NCBI GenBank assembly: GCA_002104905.1
Contig: MCFE01000477.1
Location: 4,475-68,474, forward strand
Origin: Basidiobolus meristosporus CBS 931.73
Lineage: Eukaryota; Fungi; Basidiobolomycota
Length of the DNA: 64,000 nucleotides
Direction: 5' to 3'
Positions 61,859 to 64,000 of this stretch are shown here, piece by piece (positions within the stretch are counted from its first letter, which is position 1; every line of letters begins with the position of its first letter). The notes under the pieces are model-generated. The model did no database searches. It had not been told where the DNA came from and saw only the letters and a list, made by a program, of their open reading frames with translations. The position numbers and the translations under genes are program-made.

Positions 61859-62702
61859 TTAGGGGGGGGGAGACATTCACCAACAGGTTAAATCTTTATT
61901 TCAGTTGAAACAAAGAAGCCAGTGCTATTGTTGTAGCTTTGATACAAGAGTGTGTGGCTGAGGGGAATTTGTAGGTAAGTTAATAAGAAGTGATGATAGT
62001 TCTTCAGTGCTCAAGACACTGTTCAGTGGGAAGGGGGGTAGCAAGAGAGGTAAGAATGACTTGTGAACAACATTAATGAGGGGAATGTGATAAGGATTGA
62101 TATTCATCATAGAGGGAGTGTGCTGCTGCAGATATTGCTGCCAAAGGTCTGTTAAGAACTTCAGGTAGGCCAGCGTGGGTTTTTCTGACTGCAGAATAAA
62201 TTCAGCAAACTTCTTGACTTCAGGATCTCCAAGTATAGTTCTCCAGCAGGAGCCAGGTGTTGTGTGGTGTGTTCTCTTCCAGGCCTTAATCAGTGGGTTG
62301 CTGCAGTTGTGAAGTCTGAGGTATAATCTGGTTCTAAGGTGGAGAAGTCTGATCTTATAGGGCATAAACCCCAAAGCACCAAGAATAGCATGTCTGTAGG
62401 GGCATTCAGGCAAATGAGACACCAAGGAGGTAATGCACCATACTGCAAACTTGTCAAGCTTAGTGCAGTCTCTAGAAGTAAGAGAGAGAAGTGGTAAGCC
62501 AAATTCCAGGACAGGGAAGACAAACTGCTTGAGAAGAAGGAGGCAGCTGGGAGCTGAAGTTGTGGGAGGAGTAATAGCCAGTAGCTTGTGGAGTGCCTGT
62601 CTTGCCAGGATAATTCTCTTCTTCAGGTGTGCTCCAGAGTCTAGTCCAGTAGGAAGGAAAGGAAAGCCAAGATATGTAGCAGAAACCTGAGCAGGTAGAG
62701 TG
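61859..62702 (-). mobile_element. 5'-truncated non-LTR retrotransposon (RT thumb, C-terminus and 3' UTR) starting at a TTAGGG
   Basis: Minus frame is open from the truncation to 61925: LPAQVSATYLGFPFLPTGLD...KRIILARQALHKL...LKQFVFPVLEFGLPLL..., the YLG.PF / K.F..P.LE.G pattern of LINE RT C-termini. Confidence 0.75.
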
Positions 62703-63736
62703 GGGTTAGGGGAGGGAAAGTCACCAAGGTAGGTGAAATCTTTATTTGATTGCAGACAAGTCTAACTACAAATAATGAAGCCAGCTGGGAATAGAAGATT
62801 CCCAAAGTAAACATTAAGTTGAATATGAATAAATCTAAGCTAAAGTTAAGGCAGTATCCCAGAGTACACTGGAGTTCAGGTTCATGGGGGAGTGAAGTAG
62901 ATAAGCTTGAGAGATATAATAATCCTTTAAGAAGTGGGTAACAGCAGGTGAAGGGGAGTTTTTGATAAGTGAAGTGAATCTTGAGATCAGAGATTCCTCT
63001 AATGAGAAGGTCTTGTAAACTGGAGAATCAGGAAACTCTTCAAAGGCATGGTCAGTAGGTTCCCAGTAAAACTGGTCAGAGACATTTTGAGAGAACTCTT
63101 TAGCAATACTTTTGTCAAGTACTACCTCCATAGTGTGATGGTTGATAAATCTCATGTTAACAATCTTGGATAAGTTGTAACCTTGTTGCTTGAGATACAT
63201 CCTATGCTCAGATATAGGAATAAACTCCACATTGGCAAAGTAGCAGACAGCCCAGTCAGTAGCAGGAGGCAAATCAGAAGTAGCAGGAAACTTTCTTTTA
63301 GTCTTGGGAGGGGCAGCAGGATGTCTTGAGGAAGTAGGAACAGGCTTTTTGACAGCTTCAGATTAGGAAGAGTGAGCAGGAGCAGATAATTCTTGGGGAA
63401 TCTTGTTGACAGGAAGAGTTGGCACAGGGACATTAGATTCTTGCAGATCAGAAAAGGCAGAAAACAGCTTTTGAACTTGCTTCTTGAGTAAAGCATTTTC
63501 AGCTCCAACAAGTGCAAGCCTTTCCTCAAGAAAGGAAATCTGAAGGGAATGGAGTGAGGGCATAAGAAACAAGAAGAAGAGGGTAGGATGGGGTGGGTGG
63601 GTGGGAAAATTAGCAGGGAGAAGAGAAGGAAGGAGCAAAAATTCCAGGAGCCAGAATTTATAGATGGATGGATTATTCCTGGGTTAGGAAAATTAGCAGG
63701 GAGAGGGTGTAGGTGTTATAGTAAGGGCTAGGAAAA
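62703..63736 (-). mobile_element. ORF1-only telomere-terminal element with a 3' end homologous to 61859-61924
   Basis: ORFs 63363-63638 and 62835-63272 are in one frame, separated by a single TAA. Together ~240 aa: coiled coil, Pro-rich linker, and YFANVEFIPISEHRMYLKQQGYNLSKIVNMRFI (resembles zygomycete LINE ORF1s from memory). No RT or endonuclease. Confidence 0.65.
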
Positions 63737-63756
63737 GGTTAGGGTTAGGGTTAGGG

Positions 63757-63797
<41 letters not shown>

Positions 63798-64000
63798 GGT
63801 TAGGGTTAGGGTTAGGGTTAGGGTTAGGGTTAGGGTTAGGGTTAGGGTTAGGGTTAGGGTTAGGGTTAGGGTTAGGGTTAGGGTTAGGGTTAGGGTTAGG
63901 GTTAGGGTTAGGGTTAGGGTTAGGGTTAGGGTTAGGGTTAGGGTTAGGGTTAGGGTTAGGGTTAGGGTTAGGGTTAGGGTTAGGGTTAGGGTTAGGGTTA
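63737..64000 (+). repeat. Telomeric (TTAGGG)n tract, ~44 units, running to the window end
   Basis: Near-perfect TTAGGG array with one TTTAGGG variant at 63775-63781; G-strand points outward. Confidence 0.99.

Noticed and set aside
62712-62762. Second 'KDFTYLG' RT-like motif upstream of the thumb region
   Set aside because: It falls inside the segment homologous to the non-coding 3' end at 61859-61924, and a TAG lies just upstream; best treated as coincidence.
61859-63736. Hammerhead ribozyme or Penelope-type pLTR in the terminal elements
   Set aside because: No CTGANGA…GAAA core at workable spacing found by eye, and the peptide looks LINE-like rather than Penelope-like.

Overview
Right-hand end of a eukaryotic chromosome ending in a (TTAGGG)n telomere. 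Short introns, secreted-protein families and TE content suggest an early-diverging fungus (Zoopagomycota/Mucoromycota-like; inference). There are three zones. (1) 1-28.3 kb is a CpG-depleted block of nested TEs: a Ty3/Gypsy element split by a 1.07-kb solo LTR, decayed CACTA-type transposases in tandem, tandem Copia elements sharing LTRs, and two 734-bp foldback MITEs. (2) 28.3-50 kb is a CpG-rich gene island: a PLA2-like secreted protein lacking the catalytic His, MO25/Hym1, two convergent ~99%-identical glycine decarboxylase genes around a synaptobrevin, three chitin-binding-type secreted proteins, an ethanolamine kinase and CAP/PR-1 genes. (3) 50-64 kb has three tRNA genes with LTRs stacked about 9-13 bp upstream, a Copia element cut off inside its integrase, and then the most striking feature. 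Two non-LTR retroelement segments (an RT-thumb/C-terminal fragment and an ORF1-only unit) share a 3' end, each starts at a TTAGGG, both point 5'-end outward, and the telomere caps them. This looks like a two-component telomere-addition retrotransposon system that extended a broken chromosome. All alignments, counts and family assignments were made by eye and from memory, without database searches.
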